64,000 nucleotides of DNA. It comes from Candidatus Micrarchaeota archaeon (GTDB lineage: Archaea > Micrarchaeota > Micrarchaeia > Anstonellales > Bilamarchaeaceae). Under the pieces are notes generated by a model. The model worked only from the letters and a program-made list of their open reading frames with translations. It was not told where the DNA came from and searched no databases. A program made the translations under genes and the position numbers. Location of the stretch: assembly GCA_014727975.1 (NCBI GenBank), contig WJMK01000039.1:29237-93236 (forward strand), written 5' to 3'. The stretch's first letter is position 1; the number at the start of each line of letters is the position of its first letter. This document shows positions 55,036 through 64,000 of the stretch, one piece after another.

Positions 55036-56646
55036 ATGGCGGAAGATGCAGAGCTTGGCAAGGAGATACGGAAGGTTGAGAAGAACTCACTCCAGAAATT
55101 CAAGAACCAGAATAAGGTTCTCAAGAAGTTCGGGAAGGTGGGGCTCAAAGTCTACCGCTCCATACGGAAAAAGGGAATCAGCATAGAGGAGCTGATGGGG
55201 AAGGCCAAGCTTGAGCAGGAAAAGCTTTTCGAAATTCTGATGTTCCTCAAGGAAAAAGGCATGATTGAAACTGTTGTGGAGGCAGGGCCCGGGAAGATTG
55301 AGGTTGAGGAGGAGGCTGCAATGGCCAAGCCTGAAGGGCCGATAAAAGCAAGGCCAAAGGGGAAGAAGAAAAAGAAGGGCGTGAAAGAAGAGAAAGGAGC
55401 TTTGGAGAAGAAAGGAGAAGAGGAAGAAAAGAGGAAGCCTGGGAAAAAGGTGAAAAAGGAAAGGCAGCCTGCCCCTGCAACTATCGCCCCTGAGGAAGAG
55501 ACAGAAGAAGGAGAAGAGGGGAAGATTGAACCAGTGCGCGAAGAAGCCCCTGCAATTGCGCCCGAGGCTGAAATAAAGCCTGAGGAAGAAGAGGAACTAA
55601 CCCCTGAGGAGGAATTTGGCATTGGAAAAGGCCCAGAAGAGAAAGAAGTGGAGATTCCTGAGGTTGAAGAGGAAGGGGGCATAGTCCCGCTTGAGCTTAA
55701 GGAAGAGGAAGAAGAGGAGCCTGAGCAGGAAGAGGAGGAAGGGCCGGAAAAGCCCGAAGAGCCTGAGGAAGAGAGCTACGATGACGAAATTTCCCCCTCA
55801 GAACGCAAAGAAGAGGAAGAAGAGCCCGAGGAGGAGGATGAGGACATCTTCCTTACCCCGGGGGAGAAGAAAATCAAGGCAAAATACGGGCAGGTGGGAA
55901 TTGACGTTTATAATCTTATTGACGGCCAAAGGACTGCAGAGCAGATAATGAAAAGCACCGGGGTAACTGAAACCAAGCTTATTGAAATGCTGGATTTCAT
56001 GGAGAAAAAAGGCATAATCAAGCTTGAGCACCCCGGAACAAAAAGAAAGAAGAAAAGAAGGGCCCCAAAAATGCCAAAGGTAAAGGAAGTGGGCTTTGCG
56101 CCAATGCTTGAGGAAGGCGTGTCCCCGGAAAAACCGCTTGGAGGGGAACTGGGGAAGGAATTTACCCTTGATGTGCCTTCAAAGTTGCCGGGCAACATGC
56201 TCAGGGAAATACAGATGAAGGCAAACCTCATGATTAAATTCAAGAAGCCGGGGGCAAAGGCATTTGAGCTAATGAATGGGAGCAGGGATGCGGTGGAGAT
56301 TGCACTCAAGACCGGGCTCCCGCTTTATAGAGTATATAAGGTCATGGCATACCTGCAGAGGGAGGGAATGGTTAAGCTTGAGCCCTCCACCCGGGAAGAG
56401 ATTAAAAGAAAGTACGGGGAAGACGGTTATTCCGTGTACAAAAGATACGGGAGGGACGGGGTAATGCTCTACCAGCTTATCGGGAAGGACATGGATTTGA
56501 AGCAGATGGCAGACCTGACTTCAGAAGACAAGAAGAGGGTTGTTGAAATCTTCATGTTCATCCACCGGCTCCTCGGGATTGAGCTCCCGATTGATGAGGA
56601 TGTTCTTCTTGAGAGGATACAATCCGCCGGGCCTGTCCCTAAATAA
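55036..56646 (+). CDS. Protein with four winged-helix-like repeats and an acidic low-complexity linker
   Basis: Repeated K(F/Y)GxxGxx(V/A)(Y/F)xx(I/M)xGxxxxxx(I/L)...G(M/I)(I/V) units; divergent from the pilus operon. Confidence 0.7.
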   Translation: MAEDAELGKEIRKVEKNSLQKFKNQNKVLKKFGKVGLKVYRSIRKKGISIEELMGKAKLEQEKLFEILMFLKEKGMIETVVEAGPGKIEVEEEAAMAKPEGPIKARPKGKKKKKGVKEEKGALEKKGEEEEKRKPGKKVKKERQPAPATIAPEEETEEGEEGKIEPVREEAPAIAPEAEIKPEEEEELTPEEEFGIGKGPEEKEVEIPEVEEEGGIVPLELKEEEEEEPEQEEEEGPEKPEEPEEESYDDEISPSERKEEEEEPEEEDEDIFLTPGEKKIKAKYGQVGIDVYNLIDGQRTAEQIMKSTGVTETKLIEMLDFMEKKGIIKLEHPGTKRKKKRRAPKMPKVKEVGFAPMLEEGVSPEKPLGGELGKEFTLDVPSKLPGNMLREIQMKANLMIKFKKPGAKAFELMNGSRDAVEIALKTGLPLYRVYKVMAYLQREGMVKLEPSTREEIKRKYGEDGYSVYKRYGRDGVMLYQLIGKDMDLKQMADLTSEDKKRVVEIFMFIHRLLGIELPIDEDVLLERIQSAGPVPK

Positions 56647-57034
56647 CCCTTGAGAGGGAGATTCTCTCTATTTCCAGCGGGGAGGCCTTCTTCTTTAAAT
56701 TTAAGGGTGCTTCCCTAAGCTGGAAAAGAGAGAGCATCCTGGGCTTTGTTTTGCCGGAGGAGACAAGCAGGATGTCTTGCGCAGACTGGAAAGAATATGC
56801 TTTCAGTGCAGATGTGATGTCTTTTTTTGCTGCAAGCCAGAGCAGAAACTCCTTTTCCGGCTTTTTTGCAATATTTCTTTTTTCCTTTGTTGCGTTTTTT
56901 GCGAGCTGTTCTGCAAGAAGGAGCTCTTCCTCTGAATTTATTTTTTTTGGGTTAATGAGGAGCGTGTTGGTTTTTTCTGCCAGGCTTAGGAGCTTTTCTT
57001 TGGGCAATGGGGAGCTTCCCCTGAGGAAAATCAT
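56639..57034 (-). CDS. cgi121: KEOPS complex subunit Cgi121-like
   Basis: NIAKKPEKEFLLWLAAKKDITSALK; C-terminal LEIERISL. Confidence 0.75.
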   Translation of the reverse strand: MIFLRGSSPLPKEKLLSLAEKTNTLLINPKKINSEEELLLAEQLAKNATKEKRNIAKKPEKEFLLWLAAKKDITSALKAYSFQSAQDILLVSSGKTKPRMLSLFQLREAPLNLKKKASPLEIERISLSRVI

Positions 57035-57109
57035 GAGAGGAATGGGAGGGGACAGATATTAAAACATTACCATTCTATAAAATGAACTCACTATTCATTT
57101 TCCAGGTGA

Positions 57110-57499
57110 ATGATTATGGAAGAATATCACGAAGGCAGAAAGAAGAAAGTCTCCTCCGGGAGCGGGGGAAGAAGAGGAAGGTACCGGGACAAGAAAAAGG
57201 CCCACCTTGGAGGAGTATTCAGCTCCACCAAGGTTTCTGATGAGCCAAGAAGGGAAACCAAGAGGCTCAGGGGGGGGAGCACCCGCGCAAAAGTAAAAAG
57301 GTCTGCATTCGTGAACGTTGTTTCTGAAGGGAAAACGCAGAAGGTGAAGATTGAGGGTGTTGTGGAGAGCCACAACCCGCACTATGCGCGCCAGAACATC
57401 ATTACAAAGGGAGCAGTGCTGAATACTGCGCTTGGGAAGGTGCGCGTTACCAACCGCGTTGGGCAGGACGGGGTTGTGAACGGAGTCCTTGTAAAGTAG
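57110..57499 (+). CDS. rps8e: 30S ribosomal protein S8e
   Basis: RLRGG, NPHYARQNIITKGAVLNTALGKVRVTNRVGQDGVVNGVLV. Confidence 0.96.
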   Translation: MIMEEYHEGRKKKVSSGSGGRRGRYRDKKKAHLGGVFSSTKVSDEPRRETKRLRGGSTRAKVKRSAFVNVVSEGKTQKVKIEGVVESHNPHYARQNIITKGAVLNTALGKVRVTNRVGQDGVVNGVLVK

Positions 57500-57535
57500 G
57501 TTCTTGTTTTTATTTTTTTCAGCTTCATTTTCTAT
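57500..57535 (+). terminator. Oligo-T terminator after rps8e
   Basis: T-runs immediately after the stop. Confidence 0.55.
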
Positions 57536-57585
57536 TCCTTATTTAAAATCTTGTTTTTCAATTACACCCATCCAGGGTGATATAA

Positions 57586-59664
57586 GTGGAAGGGAAATTT
57601 TACACTACTACTGCGATTCCTTATGTGAATGCTGCCCCGCACCTGGGGCATGCGCTTGAGTTTGTGCAGACAGATGTAATTGCACGGTACCAGAGGCTGC
57701 GCGGGAAGGATGTTGCGCTTGTTACGGGCGCGGATGAGAATTCCCTGAAGAACGTGCAGGCTGCAGAAAAGCGCGGGATTTCCGTGGAGCAGCTCTGCGA
57801 AGAGAATGCTGCAAAATTCAGGGAAATGGCAGATGCAGTAGGGCTTTCCTACACCTCTTTCCAGAGGACTTCGGGCAAGGAAAAACACTGGGCAGGAGTG
57901 CAGAAGCTCTGGGAGCTCTGCAGCCAAAACGGAGACCTTTACAAAAAGAAATACAGGGGGCTTTACTGCGTGGGGTGCGAGGCGTTCCTGGAAGAAAGTG
58001 AGCTTGTGGATGGAATGTGCCCTGAGCACAAAAAGGCACCGGAGCCGGTGGAAGAGGAAAACTATTTCTTCAGGCTTTCGAAATACCAGGAGAAGCTGGA
58101 GCAGCTTATTGAGAGTAATGAGCTTAAGGTGGTGCCGGAAACGCGGAAGAATGAGGTGCTTTCCTTTATACGTGGGGGGCTGAAGGATTTCAGCATCTCC
58201 AGATCTGTGGAGAGGGCGCATGGGTGGGGGGTTCCTGTGCCCGGGGATTCCGAGCAGATTATGTATGTTTGGTTCGATGCGCTCGGGACTTACCTTACCG
58301 GTATTGGGTATGGGGCGGATGAAGCGGAGTTCGGGAAATACTGGCCTGCTGATGTGCACGTAATCGGGAAGGGGATACTGAGGTTCCATGCGGTTTACTG
58401 GCCTGTGATGCTGCTTTCTGCAGGGCTCCCCCTTCCAAAGAATATTTTTGTGCACGGGTACATTACGGTGGAGGGGCAGAAAATGAGCAAATCGCTCGGG
58501 AACATCGTGGACCCGTTTGCACTGGTTGAAAAATTTGGGGTTGAACCGGTGCGCTACTGCCTGCTGAGTGAAGTGCCTACATTTGAAGATGGGGATTTCT
58601 CCGAGCGGGTGCTGGTTGAGAAGAACAATAATGAGCTTATTGCAAACATTGGAAACCTGGTTAACCGTACCATGGTTTTCATAAGGAACAATTTTGAGGG
58701 GCGGGTTCCCAGGGGCGAGCTGAATGCGGAGGATGAAAAATTCCTTGCGGGGCAGAAAGAGGTCATTGGAAAGATTGGGGCCGCAATGGATGAAATGAAG
58801 ATTAGGGAAGCGCTCCAGCACGTGATGGAATTCGGGAAAAATGCGAACAAATACTTCCAGGACAATGCGCCTTGGGAGCTGGTAAAAAGCGATAAGGGGA
58901 GGGCAGGGGCTGTGCTTTACCTGCTTGCAAACCAGGCAAAGGACCTGGGCATACTCTGTGCGCCCTTCCTTCCTGGAACCAGCGCAAGCATATTCAAGCA
59001 GCTGGGGTTGGAAAGCCGGGGATGGGAAGACTTGGGCTCCCTTTCAGTCAAGGAGGGGCATGGGCTTGGAGAGCCTGAAATACTTTTCAGGAAGATTGAG
59101 GGGAAAAAGGAGCAGCAGGGCCCGGCCCCTGCTTCGGACCAAGAGGCGAAGCCCGCGGAGAAGCCCCTGGAAAAACCCATAGGGGATAAAGAAAAGATTT
59201 CTTTTGCGGGTTTGGACCTGGAAGTGGGGGAAATTGTCTCGGTTGAGAAGCACCCTGATGCAGACAAGCTTTATGTTGAGAAAGTGAGGCTGGGGGATGG
59301 GGAAAAACAGGTTGTCTCCGGGCTCGTGGAATATATTTCTGCGGAAGAGCTTAAGGGGAAGAGAGTGGTCATTGTGAAGAACCTTGCTCCTGCAAAACTG
59401 AGGGGTGTGGAATCAGAAGGGATGCTCCTTGTTGCAGAAAGCAGGGAAGACGGAGTGGAAGTGCTTGAGCCGGATGCGGAAGTTGGGGAAAAAATAACCA
59501 TGGTGGGAGTTGCGCACAGCCCAAAAGAAGAGATAAGCTTCAAGGAATTCAGCAAAGTAAAATTCAAAGTCAGGGACTGGAAAGTCTCTGCAGAGGGGAA
59601 ACAGCTCTTTTCAGGCAACAAACTGCTTAAAACCAAGAGAGTGAGTGATGGGAAAGTCTCCTGA
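57586..59664 (+). CDS. metG: Methionine--tRNA ligase with C-terminal OB-fold tRNA-binding domain
   Basis: TTAIPYVNAAPHLGH, YVWFDAL, IGKGILRFH, KMSKS, HPDADKLY...NLAPAKLRGVESEGM. Confidence 0.96.
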   Translation: MEGKFYTTTAIPYVNAAPHLGHALEFVQTDVIARYQRLRGKDVALVTGADENSLKNVQAAEKRGISVEQLCEENAAKFREMADAVGLSYTSFQRTSGKEKHWAGVQKLWELCSQNGDLYKKKYRGLYCVGCEAFLEESELVDGMCPEHKKAPEPVEEENYFFRLSKYQEKLEQLIESNELKVVPETRKNEVLSFIRGGLKDFSISRSVERAHGWGVPVPGDSEQIMYVWFDALGTYLTGIGYGADEAEFGKYWPADVHVIGKGILRFHAVYWPVMLLSAGLPLPKNIFVHGYITVEGQKMSKSLGNIVDPFALVEKFGVEPVRYCLLSEVPTFEDGDFSERVLVEKNNNELIANIGNLVNRTMVFIRNNFEGRVPRGELNAEDEKFLAGQKEVIGKIGAAMDEMKIREALQHVMEFGKNANKYFQDNAPWELVKSDKGRAGAVLYLLANQAKDLGILCAPFLPGTSASIFKQLGLESRGWEDLGSLSVKEGHGLGEPEILFRKIEGKKEQQGPAPASDQEAKPAEKPLEKPIGDKEKISFAGLDLEVGEIVSVEKHPDADKLYVEKVRLGDGEKQVVSGLVEYISAEELKGKRVVIVKNLAPAKLRGVESEGMLLVAESREDGVEVLEPDAEVGEKITMVGVAHSPKEEISFKEFSKVKFKVRDWKVSAEGKQLFSGNKLLKTKRVSDGKVS

Positions 59665-59713
59665 TCAGAAATAAACAAAAGTAAATAAAATAAGAAAAAG
59701 GAAAAAGAGGGAA

Positions 59714-60844
59714 TCAGCACTGGCCGTCCGGACCTTCCTGTTCTTCAGAAAGCCCTACAGTGCAGTCCTCCGGGGCTGAATCAAATGCGCTGCAGATTGC
59801 CTCCTTGTAAGATTCAGCTGACCTTGACCCTGAATAATCCACTCCATTTATTGTGAGTGCAGGGGAACCGAATTTCTGTGTGCTGAACGTTAGGTTCTTC
59901 TCCCTTGCGAGGATTGTGAACTTCTCAGTTTCGAAATTGCCCTCAATCTCAGTTGTGTCAATTCCAAGGTCGTCTGCAACAAGCTTCCAGCAGTTTTCGA
60001 TGTCCTGCCCTCCTGAGAAGCAAACTTCATTTACTGCTGCGGCATATTCTGCCCACATTGCTTCCCCATAACGGTTGTAGACCATCTTCTCCCTGATGCC
60101 CTGCTCAAGCTCATACATGCCGTGCATTGAGCAGTAGGTTACATTGTTTTCATCTACAAGGCATTCGCCGCTCTCTGCGCTGTATGAGGGATGGATAGAC
60201 TCATCATAAATGATGTAAACCGGCTCAAAGGAAATGTCCTCTTCCAGCAGGCTTACTACATCCACGATTGCGTTCTCTGCAATGTTTCCGTATGGGCAGT
60301 TGCTCATGACATGGAGGTAAACCTCGGGTTCTTCTGAGGTTGGGTAGCCCTCGGGCTCCATCTCAGTTTCCTCTGGCTGGTTTTCAAGTGCCTCAAGGTA
60401 CTGTGCCTTCGCAGCTGCAAGGTCTGTTTCCATTGATTCCCTTTCAAGGGCACTTGGGTAGATGTACTCGTAATCCTTTGATACATAGAGGGGCATTTCC
60501 TGGCCCATTACACTATAGTAGAGTGCAATGTGGTTGGGGTTTTCCTCGTATCTTGCAAAGGTCACTTCTACGTCCTGCCCTGTGTTCAGGAGATAAGTGT
60601 CTGCAAGGAGCTGCCTTATCTCTTCCACTTTTACTTCATCAAGCGTGAATTCTTCCTCTTCCTCTGCTTCGGCTGAAGGCTCTTCAGCTGGTGCTGTCTC
60701 CGTTGGGAACAGAGCGGGCATTGCAAGGTACATTACAAGCAGGCCCACAAGGAACCCAAGGAGAGCAATGAGCCACACTTTGCCTTCTCCCGTGCAGGAG
60801 GAAGCAGGTTCTTGAGCTTTTTTAGGCTCTTCCTTATTTGTCAT
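59714..60844 (-). CDS. Membrane-anchored thioredoxin-fold (DsbA/GILT-like) protein
   Basis: N-terminal TM, HVMSNCPYG, SMHG, GSPALTING, ICSAF...C. Confidence 0.75.
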   Translation of the reverse strand: MTNKEEPKKAQEPASSCTGEGKVWLIALLGFLVGLLVMYLAMPALFPTETAPAEEPSAEAEEEEEFTLDEVKVEEIRQLLADTYLLNTGQDVEVTFARYEENPNHIALYYSVMGQEMPLYVSKDYEYIYPSALERESMETDLAAAKAQYLEALENQPEETEMEPEGYPTSEEPEVYLHVMSNCPYGNIAENAIVDVVSLLEEDISFEPVYIIYDESIHPSYSAESGECLVDENNVTYCSMHGMYELEQGIREKMVYNRYGEAMWAEYAAAVNEVCFSGGQDIENCWKLVADDLGIDTTEIEGNFETEKFTILAREKNLTFSTQKFGSPALTINGVDYSGSRSAESYKEAICSAFDSAPEDCTVGLSEEQEGPDGQC

Positions 60845-61010
60845 ATTTGCTCACCAAATGATTAGTTTGGAATACAAAGAGTGCAGCTTATTTATAAGGG
60901 TATGGGTTTTGCTTCGGCTGCGTCCCTGGAGACACTTGGGAGTTGGTGCTTTGGAGCGGCGCTGGCAAAATTTCAGTTATGCTTATATTGGTTGCAGGGA
61001 TATTTGTTTT

Positions 61011-61376
61011 ATGGACATGAAAATCAAGCAGGAAATAAAGGACCAGTTGGCGATTGAGAGGACGAGGCTGGCTGAGGAGCGTACAGACCTTGCATATATC
61101 CGGACAGGGTTTAGCCTGCTTCTTGGGGGCATCTTCTTTATTGGGTACTTCCTTCCCGGGACCGTGTTTATGTATGTGGGCTACATAACAATACTTGCAT
61201 CCCTTGTTTTTGTCAGCTATGGATTCTACCACCACAGGAAATCAACTGTTTTCCTTAATGAAGTGCTTAATGTGCCGCGGAGGGGCGTATTCAAGGCAAA
61301 ATGGTTTGGGGAACAGCTGATAAGGGCAGGGGGAAGAAAAGTTAAAGGGAGGGGGAAAAACAAGGAAAAGGAATAG
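61011..61376 (+). CDS. DUF202 (YidH-like) membrane protein
   Basis: LAIERTRLAEERTDLAYIRTGFSLL plus two TMs. Confidence 0.9.
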   Translation: MDMKIKQEIKDQLAIERTRLAEERTDLAYIRTGFSLLLGGIFFIGYFLPGTVFMYVGYITILASLVFVSYGFYHHRKSTVFLNEVLNVPRRGVFKAKWFGEQLIRAGGRKVKGRGKNKEKE

Positions 61377-61421
61377 GGCTGCTGATTTTTTTGGGTCCAA
61401 TTCAGAAACAGGGGCACCTGA

Positions 61422-62537
61422 CTATTTCCATCCCCTGAATCCCATTGCATCTTCCACGCGCTCGCGGGCGATGCCCATTGCTGCTTTCCTTGTATCGTTG
61501 TCTTCCTGGGCGCGTTCCATCATCACTTTTGTGTTTGCGGCAACCTTGTCTGTTACCACCTTGAACATCGTGTCTGCATTCCAGCCCATTGTTTCACAGT
61601 AGGAAGAGATTACTCCTCCTGCATTTGCAACAAAATCAGGGAGGACTACTACGCCCTTTTTCATGAGGATTTGCTCGATTTCGTACTTTGCAGGGAGGTT
61701 TGCGGCTTCTGCAACGTATTTTGCCTTTACATTTTCTACATTTCCTGTGGTGATTACGTCCGGGCGCGCCCCTGGGATAAGGATGTCTACGTCCAATTCG
61801 AAAAGGTCCTTTCCTTCTTTCTTTTCGCCCGTGTGCGCGGTTACGGTGCGCTGCTCCTGCTTGGTTTTCATAAGTTCCGCGTGCTTCAGGCCTTCTGGGT
61901 TGTATATTGTTCCCTTTGAATCTGAGGCTGCGATTACTTTTGCACCCCATTCCTCAAGGAACTGGTGGGCAAATGTTCCTACGTTTCCATAGCCTTCAAT
62001 TGCTACTGTTTTTCCTTCTAGGGATTCGCCCTTGAATTCAACTGCAACTTTTGTGCAGAGTGCGACTCCGTAGCCTGTGGAGCCTAATTCGTGGGGAAGG
62101 CCGCCCATCTGGGTTGGCTTTCCTGTGGTTACCATGGGGTCCTGTAGTTCATCTGCGATGTATGCCATTTCACGCTCGGTCATGTTCATGTCCGGACCTG
62201 CAATGTAATGCTTGGGCATTATTTCAGCGAGCTTTTTTGCGAATGCGCGTACTACTGCTTCTTTCTGCTCTGGTGAAAGGGCGCGCGGGTCTGCTTTGAT
62301 TCCGCTTTTTGCGCCCCCAAAAGGAATATCTGCCATTGCGTTTTTCCAGGTCATTGCACGGGCAAGGCCCATAACTTCGGAAGTAGTGAGGTCGGGAACC
62401 ATTCGGATTCCTCCTTTTCCCAGGCCCCTTGCAGTGTTGTCGACTACTGCGACTCCGTGCATTCCAGTTTTCTGGTCGTAAACTTCGAACACTCTTTCTG
62501 GGCCAATCTCATCGATCTCGTACATGAAAAAACTCAC
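61422..62537 (-). CDS. gdhA: Glu/Leu/Phe/Val dehydrogenase (glutamate dehydrogenase-like)
   Basis: GKGGIRM, MTWK, GGAKSG, GPDM, TGKP, TGYGV, EGYGNVG, EAAN, PDFVANAGGV. Confidence 0.92.
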   Translation of the reverse strand: MSFFMYEIDEIGPERVFEVYDQKTGMHGVAVVDNTARGLGKGGIRMVPDLTTSEVMGLARAMTWKNAMADIPFGGAKSGIKADPRALSPEQKEAVVRAFAKKLAEIMPKHYIAGPDMNMTEREMAYIADELQDPMVTTGKPTQMGGLPHELGSTGYGVALCTKVAVEFKGESLEGKTVAIEGYGNVGTFAHQFLEEWGAKVIAASDSKGTIYNPEGLKHAELMKTKQEQRTVTAHTGEKKEGKDLFELDVDILIPGARPDVITTGNVENVKAKYVAEAANLPAKYEIEQILMKKGVVVLPDFVANAGGVISSYCETMGWNADTMFKVVTDKVAANTKVMMERAQEDNDTRKAAMGIARERVEDAMGFRGWK

Positions 62538-62608
62538 CTTGGGGTGATTTTCTAGGATAAGGAATTTAAACGTGAGCTAGCTGTAGGGGGAGGTGATGAG
62601 TTTTTGCA

Positions 62609-63595
62609 CTATTGATTTGAAGGCCGCGGCGGAAGGAACTGGAATTTGTATTCCTGCTGGAAGGTTACTACTTCCTGGTCCCGGATAAGGTTCCCGAATT
62701 TTTCCCTTATTTCAGCAAGCTGCTTGAGGAAGGTCTCTTCCTTGTTTACCTGGAATTCGAGCTCTACGTCCCCGCCCCCAAATGCTTCATCAATGTAAAC
62801 GACATATGGGTTTTTCCGTATGTGGTCCAGGAGTTTTTTGCGGCTTGCCTTTGTCTGGCCGGAAAGGCGCAGGTAAACTTTGTGGTACTTTATCCCAAGC
62901 AGAGAATAGTTGGGGGAAAGCCTGAATCCATGCAATACCTCCTCCTTCATAAGGCTGTTGAGCAGGGAATCTATTTTTGAGGGGGGCTTTTTCAGGATTC
63001 TTGCAAGGGCCTGCGTGTCCATGCGCGAATTTATGGCAAGGAGCCTGAGCAGGCTCCAGTCCTCTTCGCTCAACTCAATGGGCTTGCCTTCGCTGATTAT
63101 TTCGCTTTTCTTTGCAGTTTGGGCTGCTTCGTCTCCCAGGAGGCAGGCCCTGGAATATACATAAAGGCGGTGGACCACCGCAACCTTTTTCTTTTCCACA
63201 TGCTTCCCGTACTCCTGGAGAAACTCGGAGAGGAACTCCTGGAATTCATGTGTGTCCTTTGCCCAAACAACTGCGCTAAGGTCCCACCTCCCCCTGCAGG
63301 AAACAAGCCAGCCAATATCCTCCCTGGAATTAAGCACTTCGAAAAGTTCAAAACGCTCTTTCCTAGAGATATCCTTAAGGCGGACGCTGAGCCGGTAGGG
63401 GGAATACCCTAATTTATATACATTTATTATAGGATTGAAGCCAAGGATTACCCCTGAATCCACGAGCTCTTTTATGCGGGAAGAGACCTCTGTTTCATCC
63501 ATGTTGAGTTTTTTTGCAATTGCAGAATCAGTCTGGCGCGAATCAATGTCCAGTTCATACAGGATTTTCCTGTCCGGGCTATCCAGAGCCTCCAT
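62609..63595 (-). CDS. Tandem (duplicated) Lrp/AsnC transcriptional regulator
   Basis: LDSPDRKILYELDIDSRQTDSAIAKKL and LSEEDWSLLRLLAINSR, each followed by a RAM-like domain. Confidence 0.9.
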   Translation of the reverse strand: MEALDSPDRKILYELDIDSRQTDSAIAKKLNMDETEVSSRIKELVDSGVILGFNPIINVYKLGYSPYRLSVRLKDISRKERFELFEVLNSREDIGWLVSCRGRWDLSAVVWAKDTHEFQEFLSEFLQEYGKHVEKKKVAVVHRLYVYSRACLLGDEAAQTAKKSEIISEGKPIELSEEDWSLLRLLAINSRMDTQALARILKKPPSKIDSLLNSLMKEEVLHGFRLSPNYSLLGIKYHKVYLRLSGQTKASRKKLLDHIRKNPYVVYIDEAFGGGDVELEFQVNKEETFLKQLAEIREKFGNLIRDQEVVTFQQEYKFQFLPPRPSNQ

Positions 63596-63763
63596 AGTCC
63601 ATATTCGGGTGAGGAAGGGTTTAAAATTTGTATTATTGTAAATTGGTGCGTATACTTTAGAAGCTTTTTTGCATAGTGCGGGTAGAAACACGAAATATCA
63701 TAATTAGGAACAGATTTATAAATACAATGTTTCAAAAAATATATTGGCATTTGCTTGGGGAGT

Positions 63764-64000
63764 ATGATGAATAGGATAAAGGAAGAACAAGATGCAAGAC
63801 CTGCGCGCGGGCGCCAAACAAGGGACCTGCCCCGGATTGGCGGCTTTTCCGGAAAGGGGCAAAGAAGAGGCCCATTCAGGAGAGCAGGTTCGCTGGACCT
63901 TCATCTTGGGATGGAAGGCGTTAAGGAGGAACTCAGGCAAGATTTGAGAAGGGCCCTTAATGCAAATGGAAATAACCCCTCCAGAAGAAAATATGTCCAG
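63764..64000 (+). CDS. Hypothetical protein (5' part, runs off the window edge)
   Basis: Translated by hand: MMNRIKEEQDARPARGRQTRDLPRIGG..., open to the end; TTTATAAA at about 63716 and a GGGGAG RBS. Confidence 0.55.
   Translation, partial: MMNRIKEEQDARPARGRQTRDLPRIGGFSGKGQRRGPFRRAGSLDLHLGMEGVKEELRQDLRRALNANGNNPSRRKYVQ

Noticed and set aside
57562..58821. 419-aa minus-strand ORF
   Set aside because: Antisense shadow of metG.
62590..62610. GTGATGA box C-like motif
   Set aside because: No suitably placed CTGA box D; runs into the Lrp gene.
1..64000. tRNA, rRNA, CRISPR arrays, transposases, integrases, inteins
   Set aside because: No T-arm/cloverleaf, regular repeat-spacer pattern or such protein motifs seen by eye; MCM and the synthetases are normal length. 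A tRNAscan/Infernal run could still find something missed.

Overview
Gene-dense archaeal chromosomal segment (archaeal Cdc6, MCM, DnaG, S8e, Cgi121, LeuRS, CarS, PpcA, TATA promoters, GGTGA ribosome-binding sites). Gene style and content suggest a DPANN archaeon, most likely Micrarchaeota (inference). No tRNA, rRNA, CRISPR array or transposase was recognised. Between housekeeping genes sits a large envelope/host-contact repertoire: (i) an operon of six tandem paralogous polytopic membrane proteins (28.9-35.7 kb) sharing three motifs and resembling VirB6/CedA-type channel subunits with a pilin-like N-terminal hairpin, the best candidate for an undescribed system; (ii) a Tad-like type IV pilus locus with three unexplained coiled-coil/winged-helix/low-complexity partners; (iii) five class III signal-peptide (minor pilin-like) genes; (iv) a 1425-aa adhesin-like protein. 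Other signals: an exact 23-bp repeat shared by a UbiA-family gene and an intergenic region 6.1 kb away, two GC-rich structured intergenic elements, stand-alone ORFans with a shared promoter variant, a CrtEb/LyeJ-like prenyltransferase coupled to a polyprenyl synthase, an RNA ligase/HARP pair and a bacterial-type MetRS. All family calls come from motif recognition by eye, not database searches.
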